From an uncultured bacterium (GTDB lineage: Bacteria > Patescibacteriota > Patescibacteriia > UBA9570 > XYC2-FULL-38-9), in the NCBI GenBank assembly GCA_937996685.1, contig CALKUP010000001.1, positions 181,571 to 245,570 of the forward strand: a stretch of DNA of 64,000 nt, written 5' to 3'. The position numbers and the translations under genes were made by a program. The stretch's first letter is position 1; each line of letters opens with the position of its first letter. Below, one piece after another: positions 1 to 10,201 of this stretch. Below the pieces are notes generated by a model. It was not told the DNA's origin and did not search any database. It worked only from the letters and a program-made list of their open reading frames with translations.

Positions 1-4
1 GCCA

Positions 5-568
5 GTGGGGGATGACCAAAAACAGCACGTTGAATTAACGCGTGATCTCGCGCAACGAATGAATAGTTATTACAATACGGAATTATTTGTTGTACCTGAG
101 CCAATGATTAAGCCGGATGGTGCGCGGATTATGGGTCTTGATGACGCGACGAAAAAAATGAGTAAGTCCGCTTCTTCAGAATGGAACTATATTTCGTTTG
201 CAGACACGCCAGATGTCATTCGCAAAAAAATCATGAAAGCAGTGACAGACTCTGATGAAACATTTGCGATACGCACTGGAGCCGATAAACCAGAGCTGAC
301 AAATTTATTGACGATTTATTCAGAACTGACTGGCCGCTCAATTGCTGATATTACTTCCCAGTTTGCAGGTCAAAAATACGGTGATTTTAAAAAACAGATG
401 GCGGAAGATGTTGTGGCATTTATGACTCCAATTCAAGAGAAAATGACCGCGCTCCTGCAAGATGAGGCAACGTTAGATGCGTTATTGCGTGATGGAGCTG
501 ACCGGGCGGCAGCGATCGCAAATGAAAAGCTGGAATTTGTCTATAAAACAGTTGGTATCGGTCGATAG
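5..568 (+). CDS. trpS: tryptophanyl-tRNA synthetase, C-terminal part (5' end lies outside the window)
   Basis: KMSKS class-I aaRS motif and a TrpRS-like C-terminal anticodon-binding region; the ORF runs off the window start. Confidence 0.8.
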   Translation: MGDDQKQHVELTRDLAQRMNSYYNTELFVVPEPMIKPDGARIMGLDDATKKMSKSASSEWNYISFADTPDVIRKKIMKAVTDSDETFAIRTGADKPELTNLLTIYSELTGRSIADITSQFAGQKYGDFKKQMAEDVVAFMTPIQEKMTALLQDEATLDALLRDGADRAAAIANEKLEFVYKTVGIGR

Positions 569-604
569 ATTGATTTTTAGATACAAAAATGCTAGTGTTT
601 TAGC

Positions 605-1957
605 ATGATTTCCGCGCGCTCTCTCTTTTATTTTGATTCATATCAATTTGATGCTGCGACAAAAACAGCTTCTTTTGTGTATCGTTATGATGATGAGGTG
701 GTATTAACGGAAACGTTGCGGTTTGAAACGTCTGGTAATAATTGGAATACACCGGCTTTTGATCGGTTGTTATTTTCGCTGCACATCGCGCTCGGCATGA
801 GTTATTGGAAGGCATATTGCCCAAAAGAAATTGTTGTGAATTCTGGAACGCTGTCACCGACAGATGCTGCATTTTGGGAGGCAGTATACACCAAAGGATT
901 AGGTGAGTTTTTTTATCATAATCAGATTGATTTTCACGAACTGGTGCATTTTCCAAGTACAGAAACCGCATCGAATGTGGCGCCTCAGGCTGAGGTTGCT
1001 ATTTCTGCAGATGCGCTTGTTCCGCTTGGTGGAGGCAAGGATTCACTGACAACCGTCACGTTGCTTGAACGCGCTGGCATTGCGTTTGAAACAGTGAGTC
1101 TCGGGCAATACGATGTCATTGAGCAGCAAGTGACATTACTCGGCAGTGTGCATCATCGCGTTCATCGCGTGATTGATCCAGCGTTATTTGCGTTAAACAG
1201 TGCCGGAGCATACAACGGACATGTGCCGATTTCAGTGATTTATGCATTTTCAAGTCTTGCAATTGCGGTGTTGAATAACAAAACCGATGTTGTGCTAAGT
1301 AATGAAGCGAGTGCGAATGAGGGGAATGTGTCATATCTTGGAGTTGAAGTGAATCATCAATGGAGCAAGAGTGTTGAATTTGAAGACATGCTGTCAGCGT
1401 ACCTAGCAGAGCACGAGATCCCAGTGCGTTATTTTTCTCTATTGCGCCCACTGCATGAAATTCAGATTGTTGATGTATTTACACAATCTATCGAGCGTTT
1501 TCGTGGTGTCTTTACGAGCTGCAACCGCAATTTCACACAAACACAACGTACCAAAGAAGTCGGCGCTTTCGCGTATTGGTGTGGCGAGTGTCCAAAATGT
1601 TTGTTTGTCGGGACAATGCTTGCTGCGTCGATTTCTCGCGAGCAGTTGATTGAAATCATTGGAACAAATCCATTGAATAATGCAATAAACCGCGATTGGT
1701 TTTTGGAGCTTTTGGGTGTTTCATTATTTAAGCCATTTGAATGTGTCGGCACGCCAGATGAAATGATTGTTGCGTTAGAGCGTATTCGTACAGAGCCAGC
1801 GTACGCAAATGATCTATTGGTGGTCGAATATAATCAATTACGCGATCAATTGCCAGTAGAAGATGCTGTGAAAGCGTTGGCGCATATTGGTGATACGAGT
1901 CGTATCCCGGCTGCATTCCAAGATTGTATTGAACAAATGAACACGAGTATTCTATGA
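605..1957 (+). CDS. PP-loop ATP pyrophosphatase superfamily protein with a C-terminal Cys cluster (QueC/DPH6-like), function unknown
   Basis: LVPLGGGKDSLTTV matches the SGGxDS PP-loop; a CGECPKC zinc-type motif lies near the C-terminus; 450 aa. Confidence 0.4.
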   Translation: MISARSLFYFDSYQFDAATKTASFVYRYDDEVVLTETLRFETSGNNWNTPAFDRLLFSLHIALGMSYWKAYCPKEIVVNSGTLSPTDAAFWEAVYTKGLGEFFYHNQIDFHELVHFPSTETASNVAPQAEVAISADALVPLGGGKDSLTTVTLLERAGIAFETVSLGQYDVIEQQVTLLGSVHHRVHRVIDPALFALNSAGAYNGHVPISVIYAFSSLAIAVLNNKTDVVLSNEASANEGNVSYLGVEVNHQWSKSVEFEDMLSAYLAEHEIPVRYFSLLRPLHEIQIVDVFTQSIERFRGVFTSCNRNFTQTQRTKEVGAFAYWCGECPKCLFVGTMLAASISREQLIEIIGTNPLNNAINRDWFLELLGVSLFKPFECVGTPDEMIVALERIRTEPAYANDLLVVEYNQLRDQLPVEDAVKALAHIGDTSRIPAAFQDCIEQMNTSIL

Positions 1958-3330
1958 GTGAACAAATCTATTCCGAAAAACTTGATGCATTTTTTACACA
2001 GACTGATGTTGCTGTTGGCGCACAAAAGCGCGTGTTGATTCTTGGAGCAGGACGAGAAGGGCAGGGCGCGGCAATTTTTTTCCGTACGCAATATCCTGAC
2101 ATGGATGTGACAATTGCCGATGAGCAAAAAGTTCGTTTTGCGCTGCCGGGAGTGACTGCATTATTTGGAAAAAAATATCCGGAAACACTCGCAGACTGGG
2201 ACTTGGTTGTTGTGTCGCCAGGCATTCCACCGCAAACTCCACTGCTTGCAACAGCGCGCTTGATGACAAATGCAACAGCCTTGTTTTTACGAGAGTGTCT
2301 CGGGAGTGTTGTGATGGTGACAGGCTCAAAAGGAAAAAGTACTACTTCTGCGTTGATTTATGAAATGCTGATCGCCGGCGGCAAGCAAGCGCACTTTGTT
2401 GGGAATATTGGTATCTCTAGTTTGGAAGAGTTAACCGAGCGCAACACAGTTGAAGATATTTTTGTTGTGGAAACAAGCAGCTACCAAGCGCGGTTATTGG
2501 ATCGCGGTCCTGGCATTGCCGTGCTGACTGAGTTATTTCCCGAGCATATTGATTATCATGGTGGAGTCGAGCAGTATTATCGAGATAAATTGCGTGTCAC
2601 AACCATGCAGTCTGATCATCAATTAGTGATATATAATGCGCACAATGTTGAATTGCAATCACGTATCGCAGAATCTGTAGCTGAAAAAATGCCTGTCCCG
2701 GCAAGCGATACAATGATCGGGGCTCAGCTGATCGGAGAAAATATTCATTTTGACGGCGAGTTGATTACTGACCGCGCGGTGTGTAAGTTGCTCGGCAAGC
2801 ACAACACAGAAAATATTTTACTCGCAGTGACAGCTGCAAAACAGTTGCGTGTGGAGAACGAAGCGATTGCAGAAGCATTGTCGACATTCAAGCCATTGCC
2901 ACATCGATTAGAGCTGATTGGAACGTACAAAGGCGTGACATTTGTGAATGACTCATTGGCGACAACACCGGAAGCGACACTCGCTGCGTTACAATCGATT
3001 GAGAATGTGCAGACAATCTTTTTAGGAGGCTTGGATCGGGGATATGAATTTACAGAACTGATTGCTGAGTTGAAACGTCGAGAAATAAAAAATATTATTT
3101 TGTTTCCAGATTCTGGCAAGACCATTCGAGATCAATGGGGAGAGGTTGTCTATGGAACGCAGTTTTTTGAAACCGAATCAATGCGTGATGCGGTGGAATT
3201 TGCATATACAAACACGCCGTCTGATGGTGTTGCGTTATTGTCGTGCGCCGCGCCGAGTTATTCAATATTCAAAAATTACGAAGATCGGGGAGATCAGTTT
3301 CGAGCAGCAGTGGAAGAGCTTGGAGTATAG
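1954..3330 (+). CDS. murD: UDP-N-acetylmuramoylalanine--D-glutamate ligase
   Basis: N-terminal Rossmann-like VLILGAGREGQG, Mur ligase P-loop VTGSKGKSTTSAL, and HNTENILLAV central/C-terminal Mur domains. Confidence 0.8.
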   Translation: MSEQIYSEKLDAFFTQTDVAVGAQKRVLILGAGREGQGAAIFFRTQYPDMDVTIADEQKVRFALPGVTALFGKKYPETLADWDLVVVSPGIPPQTPLLATARLMTNATALFLRECLGSVVMVTGSKGKSTTSALIYEMLIAGGKQAHFVGNIGISSLEELTERNTVEDIFVVETSSYQARLLDRGPGIAVLTELFPEHIDYHGGVEQYYRDKLRVTTMQSDHQLVIYNAHNVELQSRIAESVAEKMPVPASDTMIGAQLIGENIHFDGELITDRAVCKLLGKHNTENILLAVTAAKQLRVENEAIAEALSTFKPLPHRLELIGTYKGVTFVNDSLATTPEATLAALQSIENVQTIFLGGLDRGYEFTELIAELKRREIKNIILFPDSGKTIRDQWGEVVYGTQFFETESMRDAVEFAYTNTPSDGVALLSCAAPSYSIFKNYEDRGDQFRAAVEELGV

Positions 3331-3338
3331 TCGCGCGA

Positions 3339-4874
3339 TTATTGGAACAACGATTGACCAGTCATTTCGGCTGGTTTTTCGATTTGGAGAATTTCAAGAA
3401 TGGTTGGCGTAACATCTTGTAAGCTGCCTCCGGCTTTGAGTGTGCGATTTTTGAGTCCATCATTCACAATAACAAACGGGATTTTGTTTGCGGTGTGTTG
3501 GGTGTGTGGAGTTGCATCACCATGCTTCATTGCTTCTGCGTTGCCATGATCCGCTGTGATGATGAGTGTTCCGCCAGCTGCCAGCACCGCGTCACTGATG
3601 GTTTTGATTGCAGCGTCAACGGTTTCAATGCCGCGAATTGTTGCGTCATAGTTTCCAGTGTGACCAACCATGTCAGCGTTGCAAATATTGGTGATAATGA
3701 TGTCGTATGCATTTGCGCTGACTTGCTCCGCGATGTCGCTCGCAATTTCACGAGCCTTCATCTCTGGCGCGAGATCAAAGGTTGCAACAGCGTCTGAAGG
3801 AATGAGTTCGCGGGTTTCTCCGTTGACCGCATCTTCACGCATCCCGTTAAAAATTTTGGTGACATACGCCCATTTTTCTGTTTCAGTAATGCGATATTGG
3901 GTGAGCTCGGCGCGTGAAAGTACATCAGGCAAAATGTTTTCTAAAGCGGTTTCTGTGCGGTCAAAGGCTGCTGGGGCGGGCATGGTTTCGTAATAGGGAA
4001 AGGTTGCGACATATTGGATAGTAGGTGCATCTCCACGATCAAAACCACCAAAGTCCGGTTCGATTAAAGCTTGAGTAATTTCAATTTCACGATCAACACG
4101 GTAATTAAAATTGATTACAGCGTCACCGGCACGGATCACTCCATCTGCATCAATAATTGTTGGTTCAATAAACTCATCTGTTTCATTAAGGGCTCGAGCT
4201 TGGGCAATCGCATCTTCAATTGAATCAGCGCTGCGGCCACGGCCATGCACAAGCAGGTTGTAGGCGCGCTCCACTCGGTCCCAATTGTGGTCACGGTCCA
4301 TTGCCCAGTAGCGTCCTTGCAGTGTCGCAATGCGTCCAACGCCGGCTTCGCTCATGACTTCTTGTAAGCGTGCAATATGTTCTGGAAGGGAAGTGCTTGG
4401 GGTGTCGCGCCCATCTGCAAAGACATGCACCATCACTTGGTTTTTTGAAAGCCCTGCCGCGGCCGCCGCTCGAATAAGCGCATGACACAACGCGTCATAT
4501 GAATGCACTCCTGCATTCGAAAGCAAGCCCATCAGATGCAGTGTCGCGCCTGTTTGTTTTGCGTGCGCGATCGCATCGGCAAAGGCTGGCAGTTCGAAAG
4601 CAGCCCCACTTTCAATCGCAGCGGTCACACGCATTTGCGGCAACAGAACATTTCTCCCAGCGCTTATAATCAAATGTCCCATTTCCGTTGACCCTTGATG
4701 ACCAGATGTGAGCCCAATTGCAGTTCCAGACGCTTCAATCGGTGTCCATGGATAATCCGCCATCAGCCGATCAATGGTCGGTGTCGACGCATTGGCAATA
4801 GCATTATGTGGAGAATCTGGAGCAAGTCCCCAGCCATCAAGAATTGCGAGAACAAGTGGAGTAGAGCGCTTCAT
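3339..4874 (-). CDS. gpmI: 2,3-bisphosphoglycerate-independent phosphoglycerate mutase
   Basis: 511 aa, ADGRDTP motif, iPGM family architecture. Confidence 0.88.
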   Translation of the reverse strand: MKRSTPLVLAILDGWGLAPDSPHNAIANASTPTIDRLMADYPWTPIEASGTAIGLTSGHQGSTEMGHLIISAGRNVLLPQMRVTAAIESGAAFELPAFADAIAHAKQTGATLHLMGLLSNAGVHSYDALCHALIRAAAAAGLSKNQVMVHVFADGRDTPSTSLPEHIARLQEVMSEAGVGRIATLQGRYWAMDRDHNWDRVERAYNLLVHGRGRSADSIEDAIAQARALNETDEFIEPTIIDADGVIRAGDAVINFNYRVDREIEITQALIEPDFGGFDRGDAPTIQYVATFPYYETMPAPAAFDRTETALENILPDVLSRAELTQYRITETEKWAYVTKIFNGMREDAVNGETRELIPSDAVATFDLAPEMKAREIASDIAEQVSANAYDIIITNICNADMVGHTGNYDATIRGIETVDAAIKTISDAVLAAGGTLIITADHGNAEAMKHGDATPHTQHTANKIPFVIVNDGLKNRTLKAGGSLQDVTPTILEILQIEKPAEMTGQSLFQ

Positions 4875-4892
4875 GAAAATGAGTGAAGGAAA

Positions 4893-6275
4893 TTATTGTC
4901 GAATCAATGCGAGCACTTCGTCAGTTTTTTCTTTGCATACTGCAGCGGAGGTGGCTTCGAGATTCAAGCGCAATTTTGGTTCTGTGTTACTGCCGCGAAC
5001 ATTAAACCAAAAGTCGGGGTAGGTGATGGTAATACCATCCATTTCATCAACGCTGTCCGCAGCCGCTCCATAGACTTCTTTCACGCGAGCCATCGCAGCG
5101 TCTTTGTCTTCAACGATTGAATTGATTTCGCCAGAGTGGATATATTTGCGATATGGCGCAACTTGAGCGTCAATCGTTCCTTCGCCGTTGCTGAATCGCT
5201 CGAGCAGTTTTAACAAGACAATCACTGGAGTTTCAAATGTTCCAAGCTCGGTACGAACAAATAAATGTCCAGAGCTTTCGCCAGCAAAGACGGCGTCTTC
5301 CGCAATCGCTGTGGCTTTAATAAATGAGTGTCCAACGCGTGTGACAACCGGGCGACCACCAGCTGCGACGATCATGTCACGAGTGATTTTACCTGGACGA
5401 ATGTCATAGCAAATTGTTGCACCTGGATGCTCGGCGAGCATAATTTCTGCCATCAGTCCGCGAACAATCGCTGGAGCGATCATTGTGCCAGTGTTGTCGA
5501 AAAAGAAAATGCGATCACCATCGCCATCAGTAGCAACGCCAAAGTCTGCGCCGTGTTCACGAATCGCGGCTTCTAATTGTGCGTTGTTCGCTTCATGGAA
5601 TGGGTCCGCTTCGTGAGACGGAAAGCTACCATCGAGTTCTGTGTTGAGTTCAATCACTTCGCACGGAAGTTTTGCAAAGGTGGCTTTGAGGTAGGTTGCG
5701 CCCATGGCATTAGCTGCGTCGATGACCACTTTCAATGGTTTTACGCGTTGTGTTACTGCGTCGTGTCCGCCACAAAAATCAAATGCAAAATCAACATCAC
5801 GTTCTACGATATCTGTTTTTTCAGTGACTGTGCCAAAAGCATCTTCTGCGACAGGGGGGAACTCTGTTTCAAGCGCCATATCACGAATTTCAAATAATCC
5901 AGAATCAGATCCAACTGGCATTGCGCCACGACGGACAATTTTAATGCCGTTGTCTTTTCCTGGGTTGTGAGATGCAGTGACCATGACTCCAGCATCAACG
6001 CCTTCACTGGCAACGCCGAAATAAAAGGCTGGTGTGCTGACTAAACCGAAGTCAACGACGTTTGCGCCTTCGGAACATAAGCCTTCAAGGACACGAGCGT
6101 GAAGGGTAGGGGAGGAGAGGCGCATGTCACGGCCAAGAGCGATCGTGATGGTTTCGAGGTTGGCGTCTTTTTTCAAAAATCGGACAGTTGCACGAGCAGT
6201 GCGATACGCAAGGTCATCAGTGAGTTCAGTTCCGTATTCGCCACGAATATCGTAGGCTTTAAAAATTTCCTTCAT
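4893..6275 (-). CDS. phosphoglucosamine mutase / phosphomannomutase family (alpha-D-phosphohexomutase)
   Basis: TASHNPGKDNGIKI active-site serine loop, GDGDR metal loop, 460 aa. Confidence 0.8.
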   Translation of the reverse strand: MKEIFKAYDIRGEYGTELTDDLAYRTARATVRFLKKDANLETITIALGRDMRLSSPTLHARVLEGLCSEGANVVDFGLVSTPAFYFGVASEGVDAGVMVTASHNPGKDNGIKIVRRGAMPVGSDSGLFEIRDMALETEFPPVAEDAFGTVTEKTDIVERDVDFAFDFCGGHDAVTQRVKPLKVVIDAANAMGATYLKATFAKLPCEVIELNTELDGSFPSHEADPFHEANNAQLEAAIREHGADFGVATDGDGDRIFFFDNTGTMIAPAIVRGLMAEIMLAEHPGATICYDIRPGKITRDMIVAAGGRPVVTRVGHSFIKATAIAEDAVFAGESSGHLFVRTELGTFETPVIVLLKLLERFSNGEGTIDAQVAPYRKYIHSGEINSIVEDKDAAMARVKEVYGAAADSVDEMDGITITYPDFWFNVRGSNTEPKLRLNLEATSAAVCKEKTDEVLALIRQ

Positions 6276-6385
6276 AGTATTTTCAAAGATAGAAGATTAG
6301 TAGATACACAAAAAGTGTAGCATTTTTTAACAAAAAGACACAGCAGAGGGATTGGTGTCGCTGTTTCGGCCCCACGATAAGAATA

Positions 6386-6414
6386 TTGACAAAAAGCTAT
6401 TTTTATGATATAAT
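6386..6414 (+). promoter_or_regulatory. consensus sigma70-type promoter (TTGACA-17 nt-TATAAT)
   Basis: Perfect TTGACA at 6386-6391, a 17-nt spacer, and perfect TATAAT at 6409-6414. No + strand CDS lies downstream before the minus-strand gene at 6732. Confidence 0.5.
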
Positions 6415-6420
6415 ATTTCT

Positions 6421-6690
6421 CGCTTGGAGTCGCAGATCTGATCGCTTAAGCCGCTCGCTCTCACAAGGCATAGCGGTCGTGAGCACAGAAAACGATATTC
6501 AAGTAACCACCGGGTTAATTCACTGTTCCTGGGTAGTCGTGTTTCGAGGGAAGGCATGACTATAACAATGCTTCGGCATCGTCAGTGAAATTTCAGGAGG
6601 AATCATGAGTTGATGATATTGCGGGGGAAAATCCGCCAAAACGCCTCGGTTATACGCAAGTGTAATCGGGGCACTTTTTTATTATAAACA
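6421..6690 (+). ncRNA. candidate structured non-coding RNA of unknown class, transcribed from the consensus promoter
   Basis: About 270 nt with no ORF of 60 aa or more. Contains a GC[UUCG]GC tetraloop hairpin (aatgcttcggcat) and several short helices, and ends near ggggcactttttt. RNase P, SRP, tmRNA and 6S signature motifs were not recognised. Confidence 0.3.
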
Positions 6691-6731
6691 AAAAAGCAGC
6701 GAGTTCACATGTACGAGACTCTTTGTGGTAA

Positions 6732-7463
6732 CTAGTCTGTTTTTCGAATAATCGTCACCAAATTCTGCCCTTTGCGGCGAGGGACGTGTAAACCATGGAG
6801 TTCATAATACTGCTGCACAAGCGTCAATTCCGGAGTCTTTTTCACTAATTGTTTGAGTTCTCGTTTGGTGAATGCATGGTAATATCGCTCTGCCAGCACC
6901 TCACGTTGCGCATTTTTCCATGGAACTAAGACATCTCGCCAGCCATATTGCCGCTTTCCATTAAAACGCGCTTTGACCGAATTCCAGCGCAGTCGCCAAA
7001 ACCGGGGTTGTAATAAGTTCCAATTGAGTAGCATGATTGTTCCGCCAGCTTTCACCACTCGCGCCATGTCAGACAGTGCTCGCAGACGCGTTGCTTCGTC
7101 CGGTAAATGATGAAAACTCGCGACGGCAATGATGTGATCAAATGCGCCGTCTTCAAAGGGGAGCGACTGCATGTCCGCAACATGAAATTCCTTCCCTGGA
7201 AACTCTTTTCGACTGCGTTCAATCATTTGCTCGCTCAAATCCACACCAATGTAATTCACCTTGCAATCATCGCAAATTTCGGCTACTCTTCCACCTCCGC
7301 AGCCGATATCCAGGAGTGTCTCACCCGGCCGGACAGTGTGCTCAATCAAAAACCGAACTTCTTCCCATTGCCGAGAGCGGGTATCAGCAAAATGATCCGC
7401 GATCGCGTTATAGGCGTCTCGAACTTCTGCGACAACTGATTGTGCAAACGCATCTTTTGACAT
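6732..7463 (-). CDS. class I SAM-dependent methyltransferase
   Basis: LLDIGCGGGR glycine-rich SAM motif I; 243 aa. Confidence 0.75.
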   Translation of the reverse strand: MSKDAFAQSVVAEVRDAYNAIADHFADTRSRQWEEVRFLIEHTVRPGETLLDIGCGGGRVAEICDDCKVNYIGVDLSEQMIERSRKEFPGKEFHVADMQSLPFEDGAFDHIIAVASFHHLPDEATRLRALSDMARVVKAGGTIMLLNWNLLQPRFWRLRWNSVKARFNGKRQYGWRDVLVPWKNAQREVLAERYYHAFTKRELKQLVKKTPELTLVQQYYELHGLHVPRRKGQNLVTIIRKTD

Positions 7464-7477
7464 AGTCTTACACTACA

Positions 7478-9064
7478 ATGCAAAACCCAATTCATCAAAT
7501 CGTTCTGCGCGCCATTGACCAAAAAGTCACTGTTGATGCGCAATTAAAAAAAATTAAAGGTGCTGTTGCCAAGGAGTTTGGTATTACTGTTGTTCGCAAT
7601 TCTGAATTGATTCGCGCCTACAAAGAGTTGATTGATTCTGGCGAGGCGCAATTTGATCAAACCATGTGGACGCTGTTTTCAAAGCGCAAAATTCGAAACC
7701 TCAGTGGTGTTGCGGTGATTACCGTTTTGACGAAGCCGTATTTTTGCCCTGGTCGCTGTGTCTATTGCCCAACAGAAGCGCGCATGCCGAAATCGTATTT
7801 GGCGAATGAACCGGGAGCTGCTCGAGCCCTGCGACATGAATTTGATCCATATGATCAAGTGTCAGCGCGTTTGAAATCCCTCGCGGTCAACGGCCATTCA
7901 ACCGATAAATGTGAATTAATCGTTCTTGGTGGAACGTGGACAGTCTACCCAAAGGATTATCAGGAGTGGTTTATTAAACGCTGTTTTGATGCTTTTAACG
8001 AAGATCCAAAAGAGGAAGCTCAAGTTCCGACAAAAGATTTGGATGCCGCGAAAACAAAAAATGAAACAGCACCACATCGGGTGATTGGCTTAACGCTTGA
8101 AACTCGCCCAGATCATGTCACGAAAGATGAAGTGAAGCGTTTACGCTGGCTCGGTTGCACACGCGTGCAAATTGGCGTGCAAACAACTGATCAAACAGTG
8201 CTGGATCTCACAAAACGTGATCAAACAAATGAACAGGTGATTCGGGCAACGCGGCTGTTGAAAGAAGCGGGCCTGAAAATTTCGCATCATTATATGCAGG
8301 CGCTTCCAGGTGCGACAGTGGAATCTGACATTCAAACAATCAAAGATGCGTTTTTGACGCCCGATTATCAACCAGACCATGTGAAAATTTATCCGACCGT
8401 GGTGGTGAAGACTGCGCTGCTCTATCAATGGTGGAAAGAAGGGAAGTACACGCCGTATACCGAGGAAGAGTTGGTCTATTTATTATTAGAAATCAATAAA
8501 CTGTTTCCAGAATGGGTGCGGGTTGAACGCCTGATTCGGGATATTCCGTCTGAATCGATTTTTGCGGGCAACAAAAAAACGAACCTCAGGCAAATTATTG
8601 AAAAGGATGGGCCGATTAGTCGCGATATTCGCGCGCGTGAGCCACATAATGCTGAGCCAGTAACACTCGACGATTTGGATTTGGTGGTGCGTGAATATGA
8701 AGCCTCTGGCGGAACAGAGTATTTTATTTCGTATGAATCGAAAGATCGGAAAACGCTCTACGCGTTCACTCGGTTGCGTTTGCAACAGATCGAAAAACAT
8801 TGGTATGAAGCGTTGCAAGACACGGCGCTGATTCGCGAAGTGCATACCTACGGAAAACTGCAGCCGATTACAAAAGAAGGGGCGCAAGGGGAAGCTGTGC
8901 AACATATTGGCATGGGAACGCGCCTCATTGAAGAAGCAGAGCGCATCGCCCGCGAGCATGGCTACAAGCGTGTCGCGATTATTGCCGGCATTGGCGTGCG
9001 TGAATATTTCAAACAGAAGCTTGGATATCGATTGGAAGACGAGTACATGGTGAAGGATGTGTAA
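7478..9064 (+). CDS. Elp3-like radical SAM / GNAT acetyltransferase (tRNA wobble-uridine modification family)
   Basis: 528 aa; CPGRCVYCP radical-SAM cysteine triad; C-terminal GNAT fold (HIGMGTRLIEEAERIARE). Confidence 0.8.
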   Translation: MQNPIHQIVLRAIDQKVTVDAQLKKIKGAVAKEFGITVVRNSELIRAYKELIDSGEAQFDQTMWTLFSKRKIRNLSGVAVITVLTKPYFCPGRCVYCPTEARMPKSYLANEPGAARALRHEFDPYDQVSARLKSLAVNGHSTDKCELIVLGGTWTVYPKDYQEWFIKRCFDAFNEDPKEEAQVPTKDLDAAKTKNETAPHRVIGLTLETRPDHVTKDEVKRLRWLGCTRVQIGVQTTDQTVLDLTKRDQTNEQVIRATRLLKEAGLKISHHYMQALPGATVESDIQTIKDAFLTPDYQPDHVKIYPTVVVKTALLYQWWKEGKYTPYTEEELVYLLLEINKLFPEWVRVERLIRDIPSESIFAGNKKTNLRQIIEKDGPISRDIRAREPHNAEPVTLDDLDLVVREYEASGGTEYFISYESKDRKTLYAFTRLRLQQIEKHWYEALQDTALIREVHTYGKLQPITKEGAQGEAVQHIGMGTRLIEEAERIAREHGYKRVAIIAGIGVREYFKQKLGYRLEDEYMVKDV

Positions 9065-9112
9065 TCCTGAGGTTTGATTTTTTTCAAAAACCGTGCTATA
9101 CTGTTTTACGAA

Positions 9113-10195
9113 ATGAAAAAACGTATTGCATCAATTCCTGCTACACTTTTTTTACAAGACGGTCATCGTTTTACCGGACAGGGCTTCGGCTCCCAAAAAA
9201 ATACAGATGGCGAAGTCGTTTTCGCAACCGGCATGGTCGGATATCCTGAATCGTTTACTGACCCCTCCTTTGAGGGTCAAATTTTTGTTGCAACCTTTCC
9301 GTTAATGGGAAATTACGGTGTTCCTGAACATCCGTTTGAATCAGACGCGGTACATATTCGTGCTGTTGTTTGTCAGCAATATACTGAAGACTATTCACAT
9401 CCGCATGCAAAGCAGTCTTTAAGTGATTGGCTTGCAGACAACGATATTCCTGGTATTTCCGGCATTGATACACGGGCACTCACTCAGCATTTGCGCGAAA
9501 CAGGAAACCAAGTTGGTGTGATTGTGTTTGGAAACAATCCAAAAAAACCAGACTTTAAGAAGATTGTTGATCCGAATACGTTGAATTTGGTTGATGTGGT
9601 TTCTCCAAAAGAGGTGCAAGAATACAATATGCAAAACGCAGAAACCAAAATCCTATTGGTTGATTGCGGAATGAAAAATAATATTTTGCAAGAATTTTTG
9701 AAGCGTGACGTTGGCGTGAAACGTGTGCCGTGGAATTATGATTACCGGGCAGAGCTGAAAGATTTTGATGGATTGTTTGTGAGTAACGGTCCTGGAGATC
9801 CAGCGACACTCACTGAAACAGTTGGGTATTTGCGGGATGCAATGAAAACAGGATTGCCAATTTTCGGAATTTGTCTCGGCAGTCAGTTAATGGGTCTCGC
9901 GTCAGGAGCAAAAACATATAAATTAAAATACGGTCATCGCAGCCAAAATCAACCATGTATCGATACAACAACTGGTCGATGTTATCTCACAACTCAAAAT
10001 CATGGATTTGCAGTTGATGAAAAAACCTTGAAAAAAGATTGGAATGTCTGGTTTTATAATGCGAATGATGGCAGTGTGGAAGGTATTTACCACAAAACAA
10101 AACCGTTTATTTCTGTGCAATTTCATCCAGAAAGCACACCGGGTCCAGAAGACACAACATTTTTGTTTGATGAATTTTTGAAACGTATTCGATAA
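9113..10195 (+). CDS. carA: carbamoyl-phosphate synthase small (glutaminase) subunit
   Basis: CPSase small-chain N-domain plus GATase1 domain (GICLGSQL catalytic Cys, HGF...FHPE). The start was moved to the ATG 10 nt after a TATACT box; ORF-track start is 9074. Confidence 0.85.
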   Translation: MKKRIASIPATLFLQDGHRFTGQGFGSQKNTDGEVVFATGMVGYPESFTDPSFEGQIFVATFPLMGNYGVPEHPFESDAVHIRAVVCQQYTEDYSHPHAKQSLSDWLADNDIPGISGIDTRALTQHLRETGNQVGVIVFGNNPKKPDFKKIVDPNTLNLVDVVSPKEVQEYNMQNAETKILLVDCGMKNNILQEFLKRDVGVKRVPWNYDYRAELKDFDGLFVSNGPGDPATLTETVGYLRDAMKTGLPIFGICLGSQLMGLASGAKTYKLKYGHRSQNQPCIDTTTGRCYLTTQNHGFAVDEKTLKKDWNVWFYNANDGSVEGIYHKTKPFISVQFHPESTPGPEDTTFLFDEFLKRIR

Positions 10196-10201
10196 TCGCC
10201 T

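Noticed and set aside
6421-6690. Attempt to classify the candidate ncRNA as RNase P RNA, SRP RNA, tmRNA or 6S RNA
   Set aside because: I could not find the GGAAAGTCCGG (RNase P CR-I), GGAAGCAGC (SRP domain IV) or tmRNA acceptor and T-arm signatures by eye, so it is left unclassified.
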